Source of the DNA: a virus | Taxonomy: Duplodnaviria > Caudoviricetes | Virus record (IMG/VR): IMGVR_UViG_3300008255_000229 | Coordinates: 1 to 40,095 of that record | Strand: one strand, 5' to 3' | DNA length: 40,095 bases | Shown: one piece after another, positions 18,140-26,628 of the stretch | How positions within the stretch are numbered: position 1 is the stretch's first letter | How the letters are laid out: the number at the start of each line of letters is the position of its first letter | Translations under genes and position numbers: made by a program | Notes under the pieces: generated by a model | Database searches by the model: none | What the model saw: the letters and a program-made list of their open reading frames with translations, nothing else | What the model was told of the DNA's origin: nothing

Positions 18140-18648
18140 TGCAGTGCCTCTTTCTTATGACGATGGGGATACGCCGCCTGATCGACGGCAAGGGGATTGT
18201 CCGGCGGGTAAACGATGTCTATTCCTCGCTCCGTCGCCAGACGGATGAAATGCTTTACGCCGTAGCGTTCGTTCCTGTATTCGCCTTCCCAGTCCATTTC
18301 GACGCCCCAAAACCCGATACGGTCCGGGCTTTCGAGCAATGCCTCGGCACACATCCAGGCCGCAGAGCAAGTAAGGAATTCAGTCCCAAATGCGTTCTTG
18401 ATTTCTACTTCTCGGACAAGATTCCCATTAAATGCCGGATCAAGGTTCCATACCGGCAGAAATTCCAATGCGTCCAGGTAATGCGGCGGGTAAATATCGT
18501 CAGCCCGGTCGTGAACTTCATAAAACCTGTCAACCCTCGGCACGGCATGGGCGATACGCCAGCCCGTCGCCCATATCTGCCACCCTGGGCGGTGATACGG
18601 CGCATCGAGAAACGACGGCCCGGCGGCGACGATGGCTATCTGTTTCAA
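18136..18648 (-). CDS. Glycosyltransferase-like protein (DUF115/sialyltransferase-like fold), copy 2
   Basis: IAIVAAGPS...AP, FYEVH, S.AWM.A.A and IGFWGVEM motifs. Confidence 0.6.
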   Translation of the reverse strand: MKQIAIVAAGPSFLDAPYHRPGWQIWATGWRIAHAVPRVDRFYEVHDRADDIYPPHYLDALEFLPVWNLDPAFNGNLVREVEIKNAFGTEFLTCSAAWMCAEALLESPDRIGFWGVEMDWEGEYRNERYGVKHFIRLATERGIDIVYPPDNPLAVDQAAYPHRHKKEALQ

Positions 18649-19439
18649 TGCAGGGTTTCCAGCCAGTCGATGGTCGAGATAGCCGCATCAAGTCTGGCAA
18701 TATCGACCTTGTGTTGCGCTGTATTGGCCTCCAGTGTGGCGACAATCTCCCGCAGCTTCGCCGCCCGATCCTCGTATTCCTTGCGTTGGGTTTTCAGCTT
18801 TTGCGAAGCGTAGGACGGAAGCCCGTAAGGCGATGCCTCGTAGGACATATCGCTTTCCGGCGGCACCGTGATCTTGATGCCCTTGGCTTCCAGGAGCTTC
18901 TTGAAGTGATACCAACCCTTCTTTTGGGACCGGCGTTCCTCGTCCGAGGCAAAATCAACGCCCCAGAACCCAACTTCCTCAACATCGGCAAGCTCATCGT
19001 GGATATAGGCCATCATCCAGGGGATGGTGCTATCCAGGAAAAACCCGCCGTGGCGGGCAAGAATGCGCTCGCTTGGAAACGCAACCGCCGTCTTGATCCT
19101 AGGATCGAGCGGCGAAAGCATGTGGACGGGCTTCGTCTGCTGGGAAAGCCACTCGAAATATCCGGGGTCGGCGGTCGTGATTTCAGGGTCGAAGTCGCGG
19201 ACATGGTGAAGCTCAAACCATTCGTCCCACCGCATCGGCTTCCCTTCATCCTGCCATGCCGGTCCCATAAGCCAGAATTCCCAGGAAGAATCGGAAAAAG
19301 GGGCGAGGTGCCTTGAAGACGGGGCCGTGCCGACAATGCCGATACGGCGTCCCGTTTTTGCCTTCAAAGACCTCGCCATCTTCTTAATGCCGATACGGCG
19401 TCCCGTTTTTGCCTTCAAAGACCTCGCCATCTTCTTCAT
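18645..19439 (-). CDS. Glycosyltransferase-like protein (DUF115/sialyltransferase-like fold), copy 1, with C-terminal coiled coil
   Basis: IGIVGTAPSS...AP, WFELH, STIPWMMA and VGFWGVDF motifs; paralog of 18136-18648. Confidence 0.6.
   Translation of the reverse strand: MKKMARSLKAKTGRRIGIKKMARSLKAKTGRRIGIVGTAPSSRHLAPFSDSSWEFWLMGPAWQDEGKPMRWDEWFELHHVRDFDPEITTADPGYFEWLSQQTKPVHMLSPLDPRIKTAVAFPSERILARHGGFFLDSTIPWMMAYIHDELADVEEVGFWGVDFASDEERRSQKKGWYHFKKLLEAKGIKITVPPESDMSYEASPYGLPSYASQKLKTQRKEYEDRAAKLREIVATLEANTAQHKVDIARLDAAISTIDWLETLH
19335..19436. repeat. Perfect 51-bp tandem duplication
   Basis: 19335-19385 equals 19386-19436; in-frame 17-aa repeat KKMARSLKAKTGRRIGI. Confidence 0.95.
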
Positions 19440-19441
19440 GC

Positions 19442-20020
19442 TTACGACAGCGCGTAGGAGGCCGCCGTGTCGGTCGTAGAAACCGACGGCTGGACGGAGC
19501 CGACGATCAGATACTGCGTGGTGGACGCGGCCAGAAGTTCGATCCCGGAACCGATGCCGCCGAGAGTGACTGTATCGGCACCCGTGGAACCAATCATCAG
19601 GGTGCCGGTGGTTGTGATGACGTGGGCCGCCACACCGGCATTGAGGATGGTCACGCGCCCGCCAGCAGCCGGCGAGGACGTAAGGTTGTGCGTCCCAATC
19701 GTCGTGCCGGTCAGCTTGACGATACCCGTCTCGGCGAGGGTCGTGGTCGTCGAGCCGGTGTTGATGACGCTGTTGCCGCCGCCGATTTCACGGGTCGAAA
19801 CAGAACCCGAGGAAACCGCCGTGACTTCCAACGTCGCAACGCCGTCCGAACCCTTGACGCTGAGCATGTCACCCGCGCTCATGCGGATATCGTCGTCGGT
19901 GTTGTTGAAATACCCCGCAGCGTAGATGGTCGCCAGGGAGTCCGAAGTCGAGCTGTAATAGAACAGCTTTTTGTCGTTGCCGTGAGCCAGCAGGACAAGA
20001 TCAGAGTTAACGAAAGCCAT
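19442..20020 (-). CDS. Head decoration/minor capsid-like protein
   Basis: D....I..AGYFN......GD motif; Thr/Gly-rich; immediately after the major capsid gene. Confidence 0.6.
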   Translation of the reverse strand: MAFVNSDLVLLAHGNDKKLFYYSSTSDSLATIYAAGYFNNTDDDIRMSAGDMLSVKGSDGVATLEVTAVSSGSVSTREIGGGNSVINTGSTTTTLAETGIVKLTGTTIGTHNLTSSPAAGGRVTILNAGVAAHVITTTGTLMIGSTGADTVTLGGIGSGIELLAASTTQYLIVGSVQPSVSTTDTAASYALS

Positions 20021-20033
20021 TTCTCAGCCCTCC

Positions 20034-20927
20034 TTAAGTCGTCGGGATGGCAGAGGTGTCGTCAAGGTTGCCCTCGATAACGCCAGTGTCATCAATGAGG
20101 CAGGCTTGGCCGCTCATCATGTGGTTGACGAAGTGCGCGCCACGGTCGCCGTGCCATGTGATGTCAGCCGAAACGGCCTCGTTGCCCGCCACGTTACCGG
20201 CAGAAGCCGCCACCGCGTAAGCCAACGCCGGCTTGTGCCAGATGAAGCATTTCGCCGTGGCAGTGCCCGCACCGGGGAGACCGGTCTGCATCTTCCACTT
20301 GATGCCCATCCAGTCCTTCCACTTGTTCTTGCCCATCATAGGCCCCATGCGGAAAGATTGGCCTTCCGCAGAGACGTGGTCCGCGTTCTGGAACTGATCC
20401 AGAAGCATGAGCATCGACCAGTAGCGCGGCGTCACGACGGCATACACCTCGCCATCGTTCGGCACGTCATTGTCCCAGGCCGCTTCGGCGAATTCCAGGG
20501 CAGTCGCCAGAATGCTCGCCTTCGTGGTCACGGTCAGGGTAACGGTGGACTGCGTGGTGGTATCGAGGACCGTGGTAATTTGGTCATCGACCTTGCGGCC
20601 AAGGGCCATGGCGCCGCCCGAAGCCAGGGCATCGCGTTCGTTGATGTTGATCTTGGCTTCGTCCAGCTTGTCAACCCAATCGCCCGCGTAGAAGTCCGCA
20701 AGGGTGCAGGACGGCGCGGTATGGGTCTGGTTCATCGGCGTGATGGTGCCGTGACGCGCCTTCGTCGTCGCGGTGCCCTTGCCGATTTTCTGGAATACCG
20801 CAGTGGAACCGACAACATCGGATTTCACGCGGACAGCTTCGCGAAGGTACGAGCCCTTGCGCTGGAAAACTTCATGCACCTTCGCCTCATACGAGGTGAT
20901 GAAGGCAGTATCGATGGACGTGGACAT
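20034..20927 (-). CDS. Major capsid protein (podovirus, BPP-1/T7-like lineage)
   Basis: MSTSI..AFI..YE..VH..FQR.GS.LR, VD.LDE.K.N..ER and ALGRK.D motifs; AGGAGG RBS. Confidence 0.9.
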   Translation of the reverse strand: MSTSIDTAFITSYEAKVHEVFQRKGSYLREAVRVKSDVVGSTAVFQKIGKGTATTKARHGTITPMNQTHTAPSCTLADFYAGDWVDKLDEAKININERDALASGGAMALGRKVDDQITTVLDTTTQSTVTLTVTTKASILATALEFAEAAWDNDVPNDGEVYAVVTPRYWSMLMLLDQFQNADHVSAEGQSFRMGPMMGKNKWKDWMGIKWKMQTGLPGAGTATAKCFIWHKPALAYAVAASAGNVAGNEAVSADITWHGDRGAHFVNHMMSGQACLIDDTGVIEGNLDDTSAIPTT

Positions 20928-20964
20928 GCTCTGTCCTCCTTTGAAAGGTGGGGATACAGAACAC

Positions 20965-21125
20965 GCTTCAGGAAGCCGCCTTGCGAGTGCGCGGGAAGCC
21001 TTGCGGGGCCGCGCCGACGCTAGCGGGGCATCGGCAATGTCAATTGGAACAGGCGGGGCCGCAAGACGGGAAGCCGCCGTTATTTCCTAACGAACGCCTA
21101 TATAGGATTAATTGCGGATTGTCAA
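20965..21125 (-). promoter_or_regulatory. Capsid-gene promoter and structured 5' leader
   Basis: TTGACA at 21125-21120 with an imperfect TATA-like -10; leader has three GGCTTCC and three GCCCCGC motifs that form hairpins. Confidence 0.55.
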
Positions 21126-21219
21126 CATATATTGGGAATTGTTCACGGCGAAGCGAGATATAGACCTCTCGCCCGCCGCGAACAGGACAAAATGACTGCC
21201 GGAGAAAAAGGAACCGTTC

Positions 21220-22197
21220 TTACGCCGCCCGGCCTGCCGCGCCGACAACGGGCCTGCTGCCGGACATTTTGGCGATAAGGCCCTGCTCTTTCTGGTAAAG
21301 CTGATTGGCACGTTTGCTATCGCCCTTTTCCTGCGCCTCGCTGATCTGCTGGCGAACCGTATCGAGTTCACCCTGCAACTGTTCGCGCGCATCTTCGCCG
21401 ATCACGCCGCCAAGGGTTCCTTCGCCCATTTCGCGGCCAAGCACGGCGAAAATCTTCGAGAACTCGGCACGGTCCAGAACAAACCGCCCGTCCTTCGTCT
21501 CGATCTTTCGCAGCGCATCGATATCGACGCCCGCCCGTGACGCCAGATCGACGAAAGCACGATCCGCAAGCGTCTTGTTCTTTTCCGCGTCCTTGCCCCA
21601 TTCACGGGCCAATGCCTCGGATTGTTCCTGGGCGAATTGCTTGTCGGCTTCCACTTGGGCCGCTTGCGCCGCCGCGATGTCCTGATTGATCGCCGCGACA
21701 AGGCCCTCGGCAATCGGAGCCGGGACGTTCAGTTCATGGAACCGCTTCGCCCACACTTCACGGGATTGGGCCAGTTCTTCCGTCATTTCCTCTTTCGGAA
21801 CCTCAGGGAACTTGTATCCCGTGGGATCGGCAGGAACGCCGATGGCCTTGCGATACGCCGCGATATCATCTTCGCTGGCATCCTTGCCCGGAGGTACAAT
21901 CGCCTTGGATAGTTTCTGGCGGCTTTCGAGATTGGCGCGGACCACATCCTCCAATGAAGTGAACCGCGAGGCGTGTTCCCGCAGCTTTTCGTCCTTGATA
22001 GCCTGCCGCCAGTCGTCGGACGGCTTGGGGTCCTTGTCCTTGCCTTCCTCAGCGCCGGATTCTTCGCCAGTGGCGGCAGTCACGCCATCTTCCGCGCCTG
22101 TGGTGCCCTGGGATTCTTCCGCGCCCGTAGCGCCATCCTGAACGCCCTCTTGCGGGGTTGCGGATTCCTGCTCCATGCTTTCGGTAGCCTTGGCCAT
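21220..22197 (-). CDS. Capsid assembly scaffolding protein
   Basis: Acidic disordered N-terminus; DWR, IG.P..P.GY and L..EWG motifs; upstream of the capsid gene. Confidence 0.8.
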   Translation of the reverse strand: MAKATESMEQESATPQEGVQDGATGAEESQGTTGAEDGVTAATGEESGAEEGKDKDPKPSDDWRQAIKDEKLREHASRFTSLEDVVRANLESRQKLSKAIVPPGKDASEDDIAAYRKAIGVPADPTGYKFPEVPKEEMTEELAQSREVWAKRFHELNVPAPIAEGLVAAINQDIAAAQAAQVEADKQFAQEQSEALAREWGKDAEKNKTLADRAFVDLASRAGVDIDALRKIETKDGRFVLDRAEFSKIFAVLGREMGEGTLGGVIGEDAREQLQGELDTVRQQISEAQEKGDSKRANQLYQKEQGLIAKMSGSRPVVGAAGRAA

Positions 22198-22532
22198 CAG
22201 TCATAACTCCTCTTTGATTGCTTGGGAATATCGGTCGGCTCTTTCGCCAACGTGTTGAGAACGCGAAGCGCGATGTTGCGCTCGCCTTCAAGGAAATGCG
22301 TCAGATAGGGATCGATGGGCCGGGCTGCGATGTTGGCCCGGAACATATGGCCCCACTCAAACAGTTCCCGTAATACCCGCTGGCCTTCCGGCGTTTCCAT
22401 GAACACCTTACGGAAATCGCGGTATCTGTCCGCTTTCGTGTAGTCGGATTTAGGCGGCAGCCCGAGAACGACGCCCATGTGCCCGGATATATCGGACGGG
22501 CCGCCCTCGATATCGTCCTGAGTTTCCGTCAC
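22197..22532 (-). CDS. Bbp19-like phage head protein
   Basis: F..TPEG.RVL..L and DP..T.F.EG.R..AL motifs. Confidence 0.7.
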   Translation of the reverse strand: MTETQDDIEGGPSDISGHMGVVLGLPPKSDYTKADRYRDFRKVFMETPEGQRVLRELFEWGHMFRANIAARPIDPYLTHFLEGERNIALRVLNTLAKEPTDIPKQSKRSYD

Positions 22533-22813
22533 GCTGTCGCCCGCACTTTGATCTTGGGTTTCTCGCCCGCATCGCCGGAAATTCCGTACAGCCCGTCGAT
22601 GATCCGGCGCAATTCAAGCGCACCTTCGATCCCGATTGCCCCCGCGAACTTGTCATAGTCCACGACCAGCGTTCCGTCCGACCGTTCCTTGACCCCAAAG
22701 TTCGCCTTGAACTCCTTAACCCGGTCAAGTGCCGGGCCGTATGATTCCTTGATCGAGGCCAGCTTGGCCTCCGCGCTTTGGGCGCGCTCTATCCACATTG
22801 ATTCGTCGGACAT
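22529..22813 (-). CDS. Hypothetical protein
   Basis: GAGGAG RBS; coupled within the late operon. Confidence 0.6.
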   Translation of the reverse strand: MSDESMWIERAQSAEAKLASIKESYGPALDRVKEFKANFGVKERSDGTLVVDYDKFAGAIGIEGALELRRIIDGLYGISGDAGEKPKIKVRATA

Positions 22814-22815
22814 GG

Positions 22816-23067
22816 TTACTCCTCTGCTACATCAGCCGCATAAACGCGGACGGATTTACCGGGATATTCTGCCATAAGCGCCGCTTCATCTTCTTTGCTT
22901 CGGCATATCTGGCCAAGCCTTATGCCGTCGAGACCTTCTCTCCGACGAAAGGCGCGTTCAACCCCCGCCATGTTGTTTTCTGAGACGTAGAAGGTTGTTG
23001 GCATGGCGGGGAAAGTCTTGGCATTAAGGCCAACAAACGGAGCCGCCGACAATGGCGAGGGCTTCAC
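22816..23067 (-). CDS. Hypothetical protein
   Basis: Fills the gap in the operon on the same strand. Confidence 0.45.
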   Translation of the reverse strand: MKPSPLSAAPFVGLNAKTFPAMPTTFYVSENNMAGVERAFRRREGLDGIRLGQICRSKEDEAALMAEYPGKSVRVYAADVAEE

Positions 23068-23079
23068 GATGGGTTTTGG

Positions 23080-23385
23080 TCATTGACCTGAATCCATGAT
23101 TTCCAAGGCACGATCTAGCGCAGCGTTCAGGTCGTGATGATATACCGAATACGACCCCGTTGGGGTTATGGGATAGAACTGAACTTCAACGATACAATCT
23201 TTAGAGACCATAACCGCGAGCGTGTCCGCATCAACAATGTCCTCTACTTCGGCGCTGCAAAGCGAGGCGCGCGTTTCCATAAAGTCCGCAACGCCTCGAT
23301 AGTCATCGCGGTTTTCATTGATGGTTACATAGACGCCGCAGGCGCACATGCCCGCGAGCTTTTCCAGCTTATCGGTGGCGGTCAT
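23080..23385 (-). CDS. Hypothetical phage protein
   Basis: CGVY.TINE.RD.Y and L/V.FYP.TP.G.Y motifs; likely start MTATDK. Confidence 0.6.
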   Translation of the reverse strand: MTATDKLEKLAGMCACGVYVTINENRDDYRGVADFMETRASLCSAEVEDIVDADTLAVMVSKDCIVEVQFYPITPTGSYSVYHHDLNAALDRALEIMDSGQ

Positions 23386-23551
23386 TCTGGCTCGCCTTTG
23401 CAGCGCGTTCGACAATCGAATAGACGCGGGCAATTAGCGGCAGTAAGAGCGTCCGCGAAAGCGCCGCCCATTCGCGCCTCTGGCTGTCAAGGTTTCTGGC
23501 CGAGACTTCCGCCGCCGTCATTTCCGGGCCAGTCACTAAGGTATATTCCAC
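23369..23551 (-). CDS. Hypothetical protein
   Basis: 60 aa; start overlaps the portal stop. Confidence 0.4.
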   Translation of the reverse strand: MEYTLVTGPEMTAAEVSARNLDSQRREWAALSRTLLLPLIARVYSIVERAAKASQNDRHR

Positions 23552-25197
23552 TAGGCCGCCTCCGTTACCCCGGCGGACTTCAATGCGTCCGCGCCCGTCT
23601 TGGCAATTTCCGCCACCTGTTGCGCCTGCAACGCCTGAGCCTGGGCCGCTTGCTGCTGTGCCCTGGCTTCGCGCGCCGCCTGAACAACATCCGTAGGATT
23701 GACCATCTCGGTCGGTATTCCCGCAATTTCGGCAGTGGTGCGAGCATACCCGTCGAAGTTCACGATATCAAGAATTTCCGGCTTGCCCGTGGCCCCCGCA
23801 ATCTCAATCTGTTCTCTAACCCAAAGCTGAGCCGCCGCAGCCTCGATCTGCTGCCTGATCCACTTCACCGGGCTTTCGTACACGAAGCGCACGTTCTGGC
23901 CCTGTAGGGCCTCCGGAATGGGCGGCAACGCATTCGCCCGCAGCATGATATTAAACGACCGTTCAATTATCGGGGCCGTGTAGTCGCTTTCCAAACGCCC
24001 AAACACCGGTCCGACTTGCCGGATGAATTCTTCCCGGCGCTGGCGAATTTCCGTCGCCGTCATTTCTGGGCCATCGACCGGCAGATTCAGCACATTGCGG
24101 AAGAATGCCTGCCAGACCAGATCGCGGACATCCATCTGCATTTCGCGGGTGATCGGCAGGTTGGCCCCCGTGTCCAGCGCGAAATACGGGTTGCCGCGGA
24201 CTTGCACAGCCGTTTCCACGTCATAGGACGTAATCCCGCCGGGAAACGTGAACGCCTCGGTAAATGACCCATCGTTCGGGACAAACAAAGGTGGGTCCGC
24301 TACCCTCTGACCGGCAACCAGCATGGTCTCGCCCATTGCCTGGAGCGTGTTACCATCCGGCAGCGCAATCATTGCCGGAGAACGCCCGTATTCTTCCCCG
24401 GACGATGTATCCCAACGCGGAATCACAAACGGGAATTCGTGGTATCCGCCTTCCTGCAACGTGCGGCGCGCATCGTACTCGATCCAGACATCCGACCACG
24501 GCAGGTTTTTGGCGAATACGGCATTCTCGCGGCCATCTTCACGGCGTTCCACCGCATGGAGAATGCGGATTTTGTCGTCAATGTTGCCCCGCCGATGCTT
24601 TTCCTTCACTTCGTCGGAAAAGGCGTCGATCCCAAACCGCTGAACCGCGTTGCCAATCGTCATGCGCTTGATGCGCGAAAAGCCGTTGGGATTACCCTCG
24701 TCATCCCACGAGACAACACCATCCTTCAAATGCACGGATTGGAACAGAAGGCTATTGTTCCTAGCCCCCTCGCCGACGAACAGAACCCCCGTTCCCAATG
24801 TCACAAGGTCAAGATCAGCCTCGCCCGTCGCTTGCCGGAACCGCGCTCTCGGGTTTTCAAGAGCATCGTTCAGTTCATCTTCCGCCGCCGAAAGCCACAG
24901 CTTGGCTTCCTCGTCGTCGTTCAGTACCTCGCTATCCGCAACAATCGAAAAATACGTCTGGCCCTCTGGACGCAAAAAATAACCTGTCTGATTGGCAAGG
25001 CTCCTGGCCGCCTGCATGGGTGTACTGTCGTAGATATCTTCCGTCCGGCGATCACCCTCGACCGTCTCTGTTACAAACCCCTGGCGTCTGGGATTGAACA
25101 CACGGGCGACGTCATCCCAATGCTGATCCCACAATCCCCGACGGCCCATCCGGGATTCATGGCGCTTGACGGCCTTCTTTGCGGCTTCGTCTTCCAT
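23551..25197 (-). CDS. Portal / head-tail connector (T7 gp8/BPP-1-like)
   Basis: PRW....GE.YGRSPAM.ALPD...L and MTATE..QR.EE.....GP..GRL..D...P.I.R motifs. Confidence 0.93.
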   Translation of the reverse strand: MEDEAAKKAVKRHESRMGRRGLWDQHWDDVARVFNPRRQGFVTETVEGDRRTEDIYDSTPMQAARSLANQTGYFLRPEGQTYFSIVADSEVLNDDEEAKLWLSAAEDELNDALENPRARFRQATGEADLDLVTLGTGVLFVGEGARNNSLLFQSVHLKDGVVSWDDEGNPNGFSRIKRMTIGNAVQRFGIDAFSDEVKEKHRRGNIDDKIRILHAVERREDGRENAVFAKNLPWSDVWIEYDARRTLQEGGYHEFPFVIPRWDTSSGEEYGRSPAMIALPDGNTLQAMGETMLVAGQRVADPPLFVPNDGSFTEAFTFPGGITSYDVETAVQVRGNPYFALDTGANLPITREMQMDVRDLVWQAFFRNVLNLPVDGPEMTATEIRQRREEFIRQVGPVFGRLESDYTAPIIERSFNIMLRANALPPIPEALQGQNVRFVYESPVKWIRQQIEAAAAQLWVREQIEIAGATGKPEILDIVNFDGYARTTAEIAGIPTEMVNPTDVVQAAREARAQQQAAQAQALQAQQVAEIAKTGADALKSAGVTEAA

Positions 25198-25200
25198 GGT

Positions 25201-25443
25201 CTACTGTCCCAGCAATTGCGCGCCGGAACGCGCCTCGGGCCGCGATACCGCGCCCAACTCAGACTCTTCCACGCCCTGGCCGCCAGTCAGCACGGTAGAG
25301 CGCCGGCCCTTTCGGCGCAGTTCCGAAAGGCGCTGGCGTTCCTTTGACGCCACGACCTCGGGGTCTTCCCGCGTCGGCGGCGGGGGCGGAGGCGGCGGAA
25401 GTTCAGGACTGGATGAAAGCCCAGGAAAAGTAAGGTTCAGCAT
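25201..25443 (-). CDS. Small Pro-rich virion protein preceding the portal
   Basis: Poly-Pro, RKGRRST.LT...G and terminal LLG motifs typical of this position. Confidence 0.7.
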   Translation of the reverse strand: MLNLTFPGLSSSPELPPPPPPPPTREDPEVVASKERQRLSELRRKGRRSTVLTGGQGVEESELGAVSRPEARSGAQLLGQ

Positions 25444-25793
25444 TGGCGGATCCTTTCCAAAAACCGATAGAGTTGATACGGCGTCACGGCCCATGACCGG
25501 ACGCGAAGAACGGATTTTGTCATTCCGACGCAATTGTTTAGAACAAATGGGATAAGGCATGGCTTATCCGACTGGATAACCTCGGACACCTTAAACCCCT
25601 CGCCACGATAGAAACCCGCGAGATCGTAATCGTCGCGGGCCACATAACGCAGTTCCGGCCTGCCGTCCAACCAATCGCAGACCAGCCAGCATCCGTCCGT
25701 CTTTACAGCCGCGAATACGTGACGAAAGCCGGGTTTCAATAGACCGCAGAGCGGGTGACCGCTACCGTCCGTGAACACTGCAAGGCCCGTCAA
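25437..25793 (-). CDS. Conserved phage hypothetical protein
   Basis: LKPGFRH.F, CVG..K..L.....TPYQLYR motifs (possible Cys-His peptidase-like). Confidence 0.65.
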   Translation of the reverse strand: MTGLAVFTDGSGHPLCGLLKPGFRHVFAAVKTDGCWLVCDWLDGRPELRYVARDDYDLAGFYRGEGFKVSEVIQSDKPCLIPFVLNNCVGMTKSVLRVRSWAVTPYQLYRFLERIRQC

Positions 25794-26257
25794 TTCACCA
25801 TCCCGCCGTTCACGGAGGCGCGCACCGCGTTGATCGCGGACTCAAGCCCAAGGTCGTCAATAATGTCGTCGCAATCATCGTCCGTGAGAACCTGACCGGG
25901 ACAAAACTCCGCATACTTTCGCCGCGTCACTGCCCGCAACCGATGCAAATCCTTATCGTCTAGGTCGCCGATGAACTTTCTGCGCTGTAATTGCGGGACA
26001 ACTCCGACAACCACCGATTCCGCAGCCAACAAGCGCACGTCAAACCCTTGAATATGATCCGGCACCGGCGGAACCCTCGACTCTCCAGGACGCAATTCCC
26101 TGAATGTCACTGGTCCAGCGACATAGCCATACTCATCGCACAATTCGTCTATAGCCTGCCGCACATCAGCTTTGAATTGCTCGCGCTGCTCAGGCGTTTC
26201 CTCGCCCGTCACCCAAATGCCGCTTTCGATCACGTCGCCGAGTTTCATCCTCGCCAC
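25790..26257 (-). CDS. Hypothetical protein
   Basis: 155 aa; overlapped with neighbours in the late operon. Confidence 0.6.
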   Translation of the reverse strand: MARMKLGDVIESGIWVTGEETPEQREQFKADVRQAIDELCDEYGYVAGPVTFRELRPGESRVPPVPDHIQGFDVRLLAAESVVVGVVPQLQRRKFIGDLDDKDLHRLRAVTRRKYAEFCPGQVLTDDDCDDIIDDLGLESAINAVRASVNGGMVN

Positions 26258-26520
26258 CTCAACGGCCTGTATCCTTGCTTGTTCTGCGCCACTGGGCGTG
26301 CGGCAAACCGGCGGTGCAGGCTATGCGGATCAATCGTGATGCCCGCCGCCGCCTTTCGTGAAATCAGGTATCGCGTCAGGCTTTCCGCAGTCCAGCCGTT
26401 CCTGGCCTCTTCCGGCGTCGGCTGGACCAATTGCGCATCCTGCATGGCGGATTGCTCTTCCTCATCGATTTCCGCCTGGAGCAAGTCTCGGATCCGTGGA
26501 AACATTAGCGCCTCGCCCAA
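26245..26520 (-). CDS. Hypothetical protein
   Basis: PT.EE.RNGWT.E.L..Y motif; probable ATG a few codons in, after a GAGG RBS. Confidence 0.55.
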   Translation of the reverse strand: MGEALMFPRIRDLLQAEIDEEEQSAMQDAQLVQPTPEEARNGWTAESLTRYLISRKAAAGITIDPHSLHRRFAARPVAQNKQGYRPLRWRG

Positions 26521-26628
26521 TCGTACAACACTTCGCGAAGTTCGGACCGCATGGCCCGATCCGGCGCAATCTCGAACGCCAGAGAAACCAGCGTCTCAGC
26601 AATCCATCGACGTACAGAATGCATCGTT

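Noticed and set aside
19335-19436. CRISPR-like repeat
   Set aside because: Two abutting copies, no spacer and no cas genes.
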